This document shows, in pieces, positions 28,306 through 39,000 of a DNA stretch of 44,747 nt. Source of the DNA: Euryarchaeota archaeon UBA126 (GTDB lineage: Archaea > Thermoplasmatota > Poseidoniia > Poseidoniales > Thalassarchaeaceae); the NCBI GenBank assembly GCA_002497025.1, contig DAMG01000041.1, positions 1 through 44,747 of the forward strand, in the 5' to 3' direction. The first letter of the stretch is position 1. Each line of letters begins with the position of its first letter. The notes beneath the pieces are model-generated. The model searched no databases. It had not been told where the DNA came from and saw only the letters and a list, made by a program, of their open reading frames with translations. The position numbers and the translations under genes were made by a program.

Positions 28306-28381
28306 TGGTAGTCCCTCCCGGATTTGAACCAGGGTCATGGCATCCAGAGTGCCATATGATGGACCGCTACACTAAGGGACT
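28306..28381 (-). tRNA. tRNA-Gln (CTG)
   Basis: Minus strand AGTCCCT...AGGGACT-A-CCA with A1:U72 (typical of archaeal tRNA-Gln); anticodon arm TGGCA-CTCTGGA-TGCCA; T loop TTCAAAT. Confidence 0.95.
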
Positions 28382-28446
28382 AGCGACTCGCCGAGTCGGG
28401 TCGTATATTTCAACAAAACCGCTCGATAGATTATCCACTCAATTAC

Positions 28447-29484
28447 TCAAGCGCGGAAAGATTGGTTGAGTTCTTTCAAGGCAGCCTTACTTGGCCTTAA
28501 TTCATCCTCAGATAAATCCACTAAAGGAGTGTCAGTAAGGCCCAGTGCCTCGTCAGCGGTCTTCATCTCTGAATCATAATAGAGAAGTCCCGTGACATGC
28601 TTATCATTTTCTTCAGCCTCATGAATCGCTGCCAATGCAGCGACCGGATTACCAGGGTCGTGATCATCCCCAAGTGTTTCTAATCTCAGGGTTGAACCAT
28701 CAAATAGGCTGATGTCCTCGAATTGACCTTCTGGAACTTCTACCTCTTCGATAGGCGTAAAGTGTGGGATGTAATCAACGGTGTGTAGTTCCTCTTCGTT
28801 TCCTTTAACATAGTTATAAGACCGGTATGATTCATCATTATTTGCGAAAGTAACACAAGGTGAAATCACATCGATTATTGCCATTCCCTTGTGCGATAAG
28901 GCGGCTCGTAATAGTGCAGTTAACTGCTTTTTTGAACCTGAAAATGATCTCGCCACGAAACCACATCCAAGGTTAATTGCCATTTTACAAAGATCGATTG
29001 GAGGATTTTCGTTGGTCGCCCCCTTCTTTTTCTTCGAACCCTTTTCCACCGTTGCAGAATACTGGCCCTTTGTCAGGCCATAAACTCCGTTATTTTCAAT
29101 AATGTAGACCATGTTTAGATTACGTCTAATCGCATGGATAAATTGTCCAATTCCAATTGAAGCGGTATCACCGTCACCAGATACGCCGAGGAAGGCGAGG
29201 TCCTTGTTGACCATGTTTGCACCGGTTGTAACCGAAGGCATTCTACCGTGTACTGTGTTGAATCCGTGAGACTTGCCGAGGAAGTATGCAGGGGTCTTGG
29301 AAGAACACCCGATACCTGACATCTTAGCAATTCTTTCTGGTGAAATACCATTTTCCCAAGCTGCTTGAATGATTACGTTGGAGATTTGGTCGTGTCCACA
29401 ACCAGGACATAGTGAGGAAGGCCCTCCGGTGTAGTCAGCCTTTGGTAGGTCGATAACATTGAGTTTAATCGCCCTCATGCTCAT
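28447..29484 (-). CDS. korB: 2-oxoacid:ferredoxin oxidoreductase subunit beta
   Basis: LCPGCG, SGIGCS, HGR, TPP motif GDGD...ENNGVYGLTKGQ, SPCVTF. The start overlaps the alpha stop. Substrate specificity is not determinable. Confidence 0.92.
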   Translation of the reverse strand: MSMRAIKLNVIDLPKADYTGGPSSLCPGCGHDQISNVIIQAAWENGISPERIAKMSGIGCSSKTPAYFLGKSHGFNTVHGRMPSVTTGANMVNKDLAFLGVSGDGDTASIGIGQFIHAIRRNLNMVYIIENNGVYGLTKGQYSATVEKGSKKKKGATNENPPIDLCKMAINLGCGFVARSFSGSKKQLTALLRAALSHKGMAIIDVISPCVTFANNDESYRSYNYVKGNEEELHTVDYIPHFTPIEEVEVPEGQFEDISLFDGSTLRLETLGDDHDPGNPVAALAAIHEAEENDKHVTGLLYYDSEMKTADEALGLTDTPLVDLSEDELRPSKAALKELNQSFRA

Positions 29485-31283
29485 GCTATCACCTCTTTTG
29501 TATCGCCAGATAAGGTCTGCAATATCATCTCAGCATACACCCGGGCCCGCGGGGGAATTCCATCACTAAAGGCGACGGAATACAACTTGCTCAGGTGTTC
29601 AACAGGTAATTCTTTCCGAAGGATTCCGAAAAGTTGTCCATCTCTATTTATTTCCAAGACTACAACTTGGTCATGTTCTGCTATGAAGCGCTCTACCTCT
29701 GAATGGTATGGTAGCGCTCTAACTCTACAAGTGCTGACCTTCATGCCGGTAGTTGATTCTAGAATATCGTCGATTTCTGTAATCGTATTCTCGACTGACC
29801 CATAGTAGATTATTCCCACTTGCTTGTCGTTTTCCTCGCGCATTACTGGAGCAGGAAGTTTATCCCTCGCGCCCTCAATTTTGCGCTTTAAGCGAGCCAC
29901 CGTTGCAGCATATACTTCAGGGTCTTCCGAATATACTCCATCTTCATCATGACCAGTTCCTCTGTAAAGAATCGGCTCTAATCCGCTACCGGGGAGAGTT
30001 CGGTATGGAATACCATCTCCGTCTACATCTCTATATCGGCCAAAATTCTCGATAGCATCAAGTTGTTCTTGAGTTCTGATTACCTTACCCCTGTCTAAAT
30101 TCTGATCAGGGTATTCGAATCCCGCTGTAACCCACCGATTCATTCCTAAATCTAGGTCTGAGAACCCAAAGACAAGAGTTTGGAATTGTTCTGCTACGTC
30201 AAAAGACCGCCAGCCAAATTCAAAGCATTCATCGACAGTTCCTGGAATCAACACAATATGTTGAGTATCTCCATGGCTGGCTTCGTATAGCATAGTTAGG
30301 TCACTTTGCTGAGTTCTGGTTGGCAGCCCGGTTGAAGGTCCGACTCTGTTAACATCCCAAATCACGCCAGGAACCTCTGCAAAGTAAGCCAATCCAATGA
30401 ATTCGGACATCAAGGAAATACCAGGGCCGCTGGTACATGTCATTCCTCTTCCACCAGCCCAACCGGCTCCAACTACCATTCCAACAGCCGCTAATTCATC
30501 TTCTGCTTGGATAACTGCACAAGTAGCCCCACCATCTTCTGCTTCGCGCAATTTTGGTAACCAAGATATAATTGATTCAGCAAGTGAAGAAGAAGGGGTA
30601 ATCGGATACCAAGATAGCATGTTGATTCCACCGAAAATACATCCCAAAGCCGCCGCTTCGTTACCTTCGATTAGGAATGTGTTTGGGTCTTTGTCTCGCG
30701 CAGCAACAGAGTAGCCAATATCACAATTCCAGTTTTCTCTAGCAAAGCCCCTGCCCTCCGAAATCGCCTGCAGATTCAATTCAATTGCCTTTTCTTTACC
30801 CCTAAATTGTTGAATCACAGCGGAAGCGATTGCTGAATCTTCGATACCGAGAATTTCAGCAAGTGCCCCTACATAGTACATGTTTGCAATCATTCTAGCG
30901 AGTTTTGGATTAATTGCGCGAGCCATCTTTGTCATTGGCATTCCGAGCACAATACAATCCTCTCTTTCAACTGGTAGTTTTACATCCATGTTGTGGATAA
31001 TAATTGTCCCGGGCTCAGCCTTTTCCACATCAGCCAGCCAAGTATCCTTGTTCATCACAACCTGAATGTGTGTGAAATCTCCTGGAGCCTGATAACCCTC
31101 ATCACTAGCTCGGATGATAAACCAAGTTGGTAGCCCAGATATGTTGCTGGGGAAGAGATTCTTCCCACTTACAGGTACACCCATTTCGAACATCGAATGA
31201 AGCAGAATCAGGTTTGCAGACTGCGACCCTGTTCCATTTGCAGTTGCGATATTGACTGTGAAATCGTTGACGATATCTGCCAT
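29481..31283 (-). CDS. korA: 2-oxoacid:acceptor oxidoreductase subunit alpha (gamma-alpha fusion)
   Basis: NGTGSQS, GNEAAALG, YPITPSS, QAEDE, TSGPGISLMSE, RVGPSTGLPT. Start placed at MADIVN (31283). Confidence 0.92.
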   Translation of the reverse strand: MADIVNDFTVNIATANGTGSQSANLILLHSMFEMGVPVSGKNLFPSNISGLPTWFIIRASDEGYQAPGDFTHIQVVMNKDTWLADVEKAEPGTIIIHNMDVKLPVEREDCIVLGMPMTKMARAINPKLARMIANMYYVGALAEILGIEDSAIASAVIQQFRGKEKAIELNLQAISEGRGFARENWNCDIGYSVAARDKDPNTFLIEGNEAAALGCIFGGINMLSWYPITPSSSLAESIISWLPKLREAEDGGATCAVIQAEDELAAVGMVVGAGWAGGRGMTCTSGPGISLMSEFIGLAYFAEVPGVIWDVNRVGPSTGLPTRTQQSDLTMLYEASHGDTQHIVLIPGTVDECFEFGWRSFDVAEQFQTLVFGFSDLDLGMNRWVTAGFEYPDQNLDRGKVIRTQEQLDAIENFGRYRDVDGDGIPYRTLPGSGLEPILYRGTGHDEDGVYSEDPEVYAATVARLKRKIEGARDKLPAPVMREENDKQVGIIYYGSVENTITEIDDILESTTGMKVSTCRVRALPYHSEVERFIAEHDQVVVLEINRDGQLFGILRKELPVEHLSKLYSVAFSDGIPPRARVYAEMILQTLSGDTKEVIA

Positions 31284-31476
31284 CGTTTGAGGTCTCCGGG
31301 GGGGTCTGTGGGCACATACGGTATGCTTGCGCAACGTGGGCCGTGTTAATTCCGGTCTTAGCCGTTCCCGTTCCGTAATTCCTCATTCCCAAAGTCATCA
31401 TACAGTCATAATCGCGCTCTAAAGGTTTGATTTCCCATCCGTTGCGGTTTTCAAGGGGTGTATGGTCGGCGGACGT

Positions 31477-32523
31477 ATGCCTACAGGACCGAGCGCTCTG
31501 AAGGACGCCCTGTCCCGAGCCACATCAATGATTGATTCTGGAGACGTAGATAGTGCTCTAGAACTACTTAGAACTGAAGCATGGACTGCAGCTGAAAACA
31601 ACTCTCAGAAGGTACAGGTAATTTCCTTGGCAGCCGAGGCAAAGATTGCCAAAGGCGATATCGACATGGGCAATCGCAAAATGCATTGGCAAGATGCGCA
31701 CAATAGCTACCAACGCGCACTAAAACTCGAACCATCAAACAAAGATATCCGTCGAGCTCAGAATAAATTAGCATCGATGATGGACGAGCAATCGATTTCA
31801 TTGGGCAAAGGTTTGCAGCTATTCGATGACGGAAATCCAACACCAGCAGGACTTGCTGTCGTATTTGTAGGGATTATGGTATTCTTAGTTGCCTTCAAAT
31901 TTGCAGGAGAGTCGCTCGAAGAGCCATTGGAAAGTACCGAAGTTACCCTACAAGTCTCATACATTCACCCTGATGATCCCAATTCTCGTGTAGAGGGGGA
32001 AATCGTCATACAATTGTATGCCTCAGAAGCACCGAAGCACGTAGAGAACTTCCTGTATCTAGTCGACAATGGAATGTATGACTCAACAATCTTCCATCGA
32101 ATAATTGATGGTTTTATGATACAAGGTGGAGACATTGATGACATGAATGGCGCAGGTGGTTATGCAGGAGTTTGGTATGGTTATTGTAATGGACAGATAT
32201 CTGGAAGCAATGGAGAAATTTACACCTCTGAAAATTGTCCAAGAGATGATTGGACTGTACCTGACGAGGCGGATAACGGCCTCTTGCACGAACCAAGCGT
32301 AATTGCCATGGCAAAGACTCAAAATCCAAATACAGCAGGTAGCCAGTTTTACATTGTCCCCTCTGATAGTACACCAAGTCACCTTGACGGTGTTCACACA
32401 GTATTCGGAATGGTTACTTCAGGAATGAACCATGTTGATGCGATTAGCGAAGTGACAACTGGTGGTAGCCAAGGTAGCGAACCGGTTGATGATGTTCGAC
32501 TAATTCAGGCCTACAGAAATTGA
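31477..32523 (+). CDS. TPR-like domain + TM helix + cyclophilin-type peptidyl-prolyl isomerase
   Basis: YQRALKLEPSN TPR-like helix; hydrophobic GLAVVFVGIMVFLVAF; APKHVENF, FHRIIDGFMIQGGD, AGSQFYI, HLDGVHTVFG. Start 31477 is favoured over 31462 by promoter spacing. Confidence 0.9.
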   Translation: MPTGPSALKDALSRATSMIDSGDVDSALELLRTEAWTAAENNSQKVQVISLAAEAKIAKGDIDMGNRKMHWQDAHNSYQRALKLEPSNKDIRRAQNKLASMMDEQSISLGKGLQLFDDGNPTPAGLAVVFVGIMVFLVAFKFAGESLEEPLESTEVTLQVSYIHPDDPNSRVEGEIVIQLYASEAPKHVENFLYLVDNGMYDSTIFHRIIDGFMIQGGDIDDMNGAGGYAGVWYGYCNGQISGSNGEIYTSENCPRDDWTVPDEADNGLLHEPSVIAMAKTQNPNTAGSQFYIVPSDSTPSHLDGVHTVFGMVTSGMNHVDAISEVTTGGSQGSEPVDDVRLIQAYRN

Positions 32524-32613
32524 TATTGGCATAACCTTGGCTATCGGATAGAATACTTCCAATAGTCACATTGATGGAGGGTTCCCTAACCCAATAAATC
32601 CCGGGGTGTCGCA

Positions 32614-35298
32614 ATGAAGGATTCAGAAGGCTTTGATTCTCTGAGATCATTTAGTAAATCTGACGGCACTGAAGCCGACTTTCACTCACTTTCTCATCTG
32701 CAAGAATTAGGCCTATGTGACCTCGATTCTCTTCCCTTTACAATTCGATTATTATTGGAAGCCGCGTTGCGAAAATGCGATGGTTTCCTCATTACTCGTG
32801 AAGATGTTGAACGCATCGCATCTTGGTCACCTACAATGACTCCTGAAGAAATTCCATTCTCGCCAAGTCGGGTGATTTTACAGGACTTCACAGGAGTGCC
32901 TGCTGTTGTTGATATTGCAGCCCTTAGGGACGCAATGGTAGAGTTGGGTGGAAATCCTGAGAAAGTAAATCCACAAGTCCCAGTCGATTTGGTAATCGAT
33001 CATTCCGTTCAGGTTGATGTATCCGGGTTATTCTCAGATGCAAGAGAGAGAAATTTGGAGATTGAATACCAACGAAATATGGAGCGCTATGAATTCCTTA
33101 AATGGGGTCAGCAAAGTTTGGATAATTTCCGTGCAGTACCTCCCGGAAGGGGGATTGTTCATCAGGTAAATCTAGAGTGGATTGCTAGCGTAGCCAGAGA
33201 TGAAAATGGTGTTTGGTTACCGGACACTCTAGTTGGTACTGATAGTCACACAACTATGATCAACGGGCTCGGAGTTTTAGGTTGGGGAGTCGGTGGAATT
33301 GAGGCTGAGGCGGTAATGCTAGGTCAGCCGATTTACATGCTTCTTCCCGAAGTTTGTGGTTTTGAGTTAACAGGCTCTCTCAGACCTGGAGTCACAGCCA
33401 CCGATATGACACTCAGAATAGTGGAGATGTTGAGGGCTCATGGTGTGGTTGGTAAGTTTGTAGAATTCCATGGTTCTGGGCTTGCAAACCTAAGTCTTCC
33501 CGACAGGGCAACAATTGCCAACATGGCTCCTGAATACGGAGCAACATGTGGATTCTTTCCAGTCGATGAAACCACGTTAGATTACATGCGACTTTCTGGT
33601 AGGGAAGAGTCTCATATTGAGGATGTTAAACGATATCTCACAGCTCAAGGAATGTTCCATACATCCGAAACTCCTCCTCCCTCCTTTACAAGCAATCTAT
33701 CGCTCGATTTATCGACCGTAGAACCTGCATTGGCTGGTCCCAAAAGGCCTCAGGATAGGGTCGATCTTTCAGCTATGAAAAACCATTGGAAAACAAGTCT
33801 AAATGCACCTGTTGGACATAGTGGACATGGCATTCATGAAAGTAAGAATGATTCCTCTGCTAAAATTGGCTCTAGAGGTGTTGATCTGAAACACGGTGAT
33901 ATCGTAATCGCTGCTATTACGAGTTGCACTAACACCAGTAATCCAAGTGTAATGATTGCTGCTGGTTTACTGGCAAGAAAAGCCAGACAAGCGGGCTTAA
34001 CAATTGCACCAAGTGTAAAACCAAGTTTAGCGCCTGGTTCTCGAGTAGTCACTGAGTATTTTGATGCGGCTGGACTTACTGAGGATTTAGATTCACTTGG
34101 TTTCAGTGTCGTAGGATATGGTTGCACAACCTGTATTGGAAATTCTGGACCCCTGGACGCCGATATTGAAGCAGCAATTGATGAGGCGGATTTGATTGTT
34201 GGAAGTGTACTTTCAGGAAATCGAAATTTCGAGGGAAGAATACACCAGAAGGTCAAAGCAAATTATCTCGCAAGCCCCCCTCTGGTAGTTGCTTATGCAA
34301 TCGCTGGAACACTAGATATCGATTTTGAGACAGATCCGGTTGGTAACGGCCAAAATGGTCCAGTGATGCTAGCCGACATATGGCCGAGTGATGACGAAAT
34401 AAAGCAAACTATAGCCAATTCAATCGACCCTGAAATGTTCCGAAGACGCTACTCAGATGTTCTGCAGGAACCTCGATGGGACGCAATTAGTAGTTCTGAA
34501 TCCGCCCTATATCCTTGGGCAGATGAATCAACTTATGTTCGTCTTCCGTCTTTCTTTGAAGGAATTCTCCCTGAACCTGCTCCAATAGAACCTATCCACG
34601 GAGCTAAAGTTCTGCTCAAGTTAGGAGATTCTGTAACCACAGATCACATTAGTCCAGCCGGCGCATTCCCCCACAATGGGCCAGCCGGCCAATACCTCAT
34701 TTCGAAGGGTGTAGAACCTCGAGATTTCAATTCCTTTGGAAGCCGCCGAGGTAACCATGAAGTGATGATGAGAGGCACTTTTGCTAATGTTCGGATTCGT
34801 AATCACATAGCTTACGGGACCGAGGGCGGATTCACTACTCATTTCCCAACCGATGAAGTAGTCTCGGTATTCGATGCAAGCATGAGATACCAAGCTGAAG
34901 GAACGCCTCTGGTGGTCTTAGCGGGCACTCAATATGGCACAGGTAGTAGCAGAGACTGGGCTGCCAAAGGCACCCTTCTCCTTGGGGTGAAGGCAGTAAT
35001 TGCAACCTCCTTTGAGCGAATTCATCGTTCCAATCTAGTTGGTATGGGTGTACTTCCATTGACCTTCCCAGAGGGAGATAACGCTGATTCTTTGGGTCTT
35101 GATGGAACTGAGACTTTTGATATTCCTGCTACTGCTGACCTAATTCCGCTATCCTCCATAACCGTCAAAGCGACGAAGGAAAGTGGAGAGGTTATCGAAT
35201 TCGATGCAGTCGTAAGACTAGACACGCCTGTTGAGGTCGACTATTACCGAAATGGTGGAATCCTTCAGGCCGTTTTGCGCAATTTGGCAAATACTTGA
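32614..35298 (+). CDS. acnA: Aconitate hydratase A
   Basis: [58 protein letters not shown]. Confidence 0.97.
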   Translation: MKDSEGFDSLRSFSKSDGTEADFHSLSHLQELGLCDLDSLPFTIRLLLEAALRKCDGFLITREDVERIASWSPTMTPEEIPFSPSRVILQDFTGVPAVVDIAALRDAMVELGGNPEKVNPQVPVDLVIDHSVQVDVSGLFSDARERNLEIEYQRNMERYEFLKWGQQSLDNFRAVPPGRGIVHQVNLEWIASVARDENGVWLPDTLVGTDSHTTMINGLGVLGWGVGGIEAEAVMLGQPIYMLLPEVCGFELTGSLRPGVTATDMTLRIVEMLRAHGVVGKFVEFHGSGLANLSLPDRATIANMAPEYGATCGFFPVDETTLDYMRLSGREESHIEDVKRYLTAQGMFHTSETPPPSFTSNLSLDLSTVEPALAGPKRPQDRVDLSAMKNHWKTSLNAPVGHSGHGIHESKNDSSAKIGSRGVDLKHGDIVIAAITSCTNTSNPSVMIAAGLLARKARQAGLTIAPSVKPSLAPGSRVVTEYFDAAGLTEDLDSLGFSVVGYGCTTCIGNSGPLDADIEAAIDEADLIVGSVLSGNRNFEGRIHQKVKANYLASPPLVVAYAIAGTLDIDFETDPVGNGQNGPVMLADIWPSDDEIKQTIANSIDPEMFRRRYSDVLQEPRWDAISSSESALYPWADESTYVRLPSFFEGILPEPAPIEPIHGAKVLLKLGDSVTTDHISPAGAFPHNGPAGQYLISKGVEPRDFNSFGSRRGNHEVMMRGTFANVRIRNHIAYGTEGGFTTHFPTDEVVSVFDASMRYQAEGTPLVVLAGTQYGTGSSRDWAAKGTLLLGVKAVIATSFERIHRSNLVGMGVLPLTFPEGDNADSLGLDGTETFDIPATADLIPLSSITVKATKESGEVIEFDAVVRLDTPVEVDYYRNGGILQAVLRNLANT

Positions 35299-35329
35299 AT
35301 TGAAATCTGATAACTTAGCCGGTGATTAC

Positions 35330-35956
35330 ATGTCTGACGAGGAAAACATCCGCTTCTCCTTCCGCTCAAACGAGCATGAAGTAGAAGTTGTAATCCAAGG
35401 CCCTCCGTCTTGGGTTAACCTATATCGGGAAAGAATAGGCCTCGAAGGGGATATCGGATACACACAATCGGTTATTTCCTCAAGTTCAGGAACCTCTGAT
35501 GGCTCTACACCTGTCAAAGAGGCTAGAGAATTACCGGGGCCACCCCCCGACCCAAGTCGATTACCATCCATTGTCAGAGTCGTCGGAGACCTTGACATAG
35601 ATGCCGGAGTTGCAGAGTTAGGCGTCCCTGAGAGAAGCGAACCGAACCTAGCAGAGATTAGCTTATTTTTGGAAGAATTGGAAGAAAACCCCGAGCCTCT
35701 ATCCGATAACATGTCTGGCGATCCAATGGCAGAATCTTGGATTCAGTTAGTTATGACTCTAGTGGTTCGTGAACACGGTCACACCTCTCTTTCAGTAGGC
35801 TCAATAGAGAGTTTATTGGGGGAGCGAATTAACCGTTCAGGATTAGAGTTACAGATGTTCCTAGACAGGCTTTGGCTTCTCGGTAAATTGGAGAGAATAC
35901 ACGGTGGTTCCGAGACTCAATACGCTCCAAATCCCAGTTGGCTCGAAGCGAACTAA
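35330..35956 (+). CDS. Hypothetical acidic protein with possible C-terminal winged-helix fold
   Basis: GGTGA ribosome-binding site before ATG 35330; the C-terminus has a helix-helix-helix-hairpin pattern (FLDRLWLLGKLERIHGGSETQYAP). Confidence 0.7.
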   Translation: MSDEENIRFSFRSNEHEVEVVIQGPPSWVNLYRERIGLEGDIGYTQSVISSSSGTSDGSTPVKEARELPGPPPDPSRLPSIVRVVGDLDIDAGVAELGVPERSEPNLAEISLFLEELEENPEPLSDNMSGDPMAESWIQLVMTLVVREHGHTSLSVGSIESLLGERINRSGLELQMFLDRLWLLGKLERIHGGSETQYAPNPSWLEAN

Positions 35957-36043
35957 TTATACTGATTAAACCCATCAACCCCATAGGGGTTGGAAAAACA
36001 TCTCCCCATTAGGCATAATAATGAAATGAAATTCGGCGAAGTC

Positions 36044-39000
36044 ATGATGTCCCTGTCTAAGAACGCCCGAAACGAATCCAAAGAAGGTCGAATAGCGATT
36101 TTCTTGGTTATGCTGATGTTAAGTTCACCAATGTTGTCATTGGTTCCATCTGTATCAGCATCCCACATTACCGACTATGCCGTACAGAGAGACCCCTCTT
36201 TCATTTCCATAGGAGATATTGACTGCGATGATGATAACGATATAGTATCGGCCAGTTCAATGGGTCACTTCATTACGGCACTTTACAATGATGGTAATGG
36301 AGGATTTGGAGACAGGCAGGATGTCTTCATATCAAACAACGATTCGTTCCGTGCTGGATTCAGGGATACAGCCGACGGAACCAGAGTCTATGTTGCCGAT
36401 GTAGACGGCGACGGTGTTAACGATGTTGTATACTATCAACAAAACATTCGATTCGTAGGAGGGCCAATGGTTCCAGGAAATCTAACCGTACTTTGGGGCG
36501 ATTGTAGCGAGAGAATCAACAATTGGAATCCTTCTGAGGCAATCACAGTTAGCAACCCGTATCTTCAGGACATGGATGTAGAGGATATTGATGGCGACGG
36601 AGATGCAGATATTGTGATGAGTGTGGTTGACCCTACTTTCACTAATAATTACATCAACATATACAAGGGCCCGGACCCAACTCAAATAACGGCTCAACAA
36701 ACCATTCCAGTGCCACTTACTAATGGACTACACACGAACTTAATCCTAGGACATTGGGGAGAAGATGTTCTTGGCGGAGGTGGCCTTCCTGGTGGTGGTG
36801 TTGGAGATTGTGAAGATCTGGACATTTGGTTGCTACGCTCACCTCCATACAACACTGGTGTTGGATTCTCGAATGGCCACTATGACAACATGACTGTGCT
36901 TGAATACGACTGTACTCTAGGAACTTATCCAAACCCATTGGATGCAACAGCAAGTGGCGTACATAATTTCAAGCTGGACGCAGACCACAACTATCCTTTG
37001 TATGGAATCGATATTTCCGATACCAATGATGATGGAGAGGTTGACCTAATCGCCGCTGTCGATGGAATTACAGGAAATATATCCTATGCAACTCGATCCG
37101 GTTCATCATGGAATACTCAAAATTACGTACCTCTCGGGGATTATCTAGGTGCCTCGCTTACCATTGCTGATGTAAATCGAGATGGACACATGGATTTCTT
37201 CGTTCCAACGGAAGTTACTCTAACTCGCTTGCAGGACTCCACTGCACAGAACCAAACATACTTGCTGGTGGATAACCTAAGGGAAATCAATACAGTAGAA
37301 ATCATTCTCGGTAATCCAAACGGAAATGGGTATCTTTCATCGCTTTCCTTTGACGTTGGCCGCCGACCAACTATGGCAGTCCCAGGTCAGCTAGCCGGCG
37401 GAGAAAATAGTGCATACGAGATAGCCATCGGACAGCGAGACAGATCATACAGATTCGCAAACAGCGCTATGTGGCTTGATACTCAAGGTTGGGCTGGAGC
37501 AGGTGATTTCCTTTCAGTCCTCAGTCTCGATAATGAGGATGTTGGAATTACCGAGGTAAGCATTGCACCTGCGGCCTACGATCCAGCGACTGGAGCAGCC
37601 ATGATTGGTGAGGGGAACCGTTTTGTCAACTTAACAGTCAAAAACACTGGCCTAAACCCTATTTCTGGTTCAGTTGATGTCGATTTAGAAGTAAAGGAAG
37701 TTCTTGATGGAATTGACACTCTCGTCTATTCCAACGACTTTGAGGGTAACATAGACAATACTAATTGTCCTGCTTGTTCAATTGCCCTAAAATCCTACAC
37801 AGGAGAATATAGCGAAGGTTCATCCTCGTGGCATGAGGAGTGGAATGCATCTACCGATTCTAATGGTTCAGCCACTGATGACTGGTGGGAAGCCGACAGA
37901 AACCCAACCACTTACATGTGGGCTGGAATGGACCATAATGACCAGGATAACGATTCAGGTTACTACAACAATATGGACGAGGCATTCATCATTGAGAATG
38001 TCGACTTAACGGGTGCAGATGCAGCATATCTGGATTTGGATCTGTTCTGCAGCGCCGCATTCTTTGAGTTGTATCTCGCTGAGCAATACGCCGTAGTAGA
38101 GCGATGGTTGTATGAGGACTCCTGTGGTATTGAGGTTTGGAGCGACGGCAATGGATGGGAACAGGTTTTCTTCACAGGAGGCTGGGATAATGAGAGATAC
38201 TTCCGACTTATTGGCTTAGGATATGATCCTGAATACAACACTTACAATGGTAACTTCTACACCGAGACCGTAACAACCTGGACCAGTTATTCCGGTGACG
38301 ATGCAATTGACCTTACTCGCTATGCAGGTGAAGTTGTTGACATCCGCTTCCGCTTCCGAAGTGGTTTGATGGGAAGTGTTGGCCCAGATGGATCGTCTCA
38401 GGAAACGGGACTAGATGGGTTTGCATTTGACAATATTTCTATTCGTAAAACCGATGTTATATTCGGCACCGAAGAAGTCGTAAGCCAAACTCTGTCATTC
38501 TCAGATTTCGCAGCTGGTGCTACCGAGGAAGTCACTCTTAATGCTGATTTCATCGACAACCGAACATATTACATCAAGACAGAATTAACCAATCCCAGTG
38601 GATTTGATAATGCAGATGCAACAAATGACGAGGTAAAATTCCAGATTACTGTGAAGAACCTATTCGATCCAGGTGTTGCAGAGGAGCCATGGATTAGTCT
38701 TGAGAATGGACTGAGATATGCATCTGGCGATCGCGACATAGAGATTCGAGTTCAGAACTTTGGAAACACGCTGACAGACTTCCAATTGGAAACTGTAGTC
38801 AAGAATGCTCTCCCTGATCTAATCGCAATTGAGGATTTCTCAGGATTAGAACCTATTTGGGAAGATGATGGAAATATGAATGGAAGTCGCTTAGACGACA
38901 CCAATGGTGACCATCCAATGCTACCACAAAGCAGAGGTGTGTTCAATTCCTTCGCATATTGGTTAGGCGACCCAGACACAGGTTATGGTGACAATTGGGA

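Noticed and set aside
31355..31405. C/D box sRNA (minus-strand ATGATGA)
   Set aside because: No CTGA D or D' boxes at appropriate spacing.
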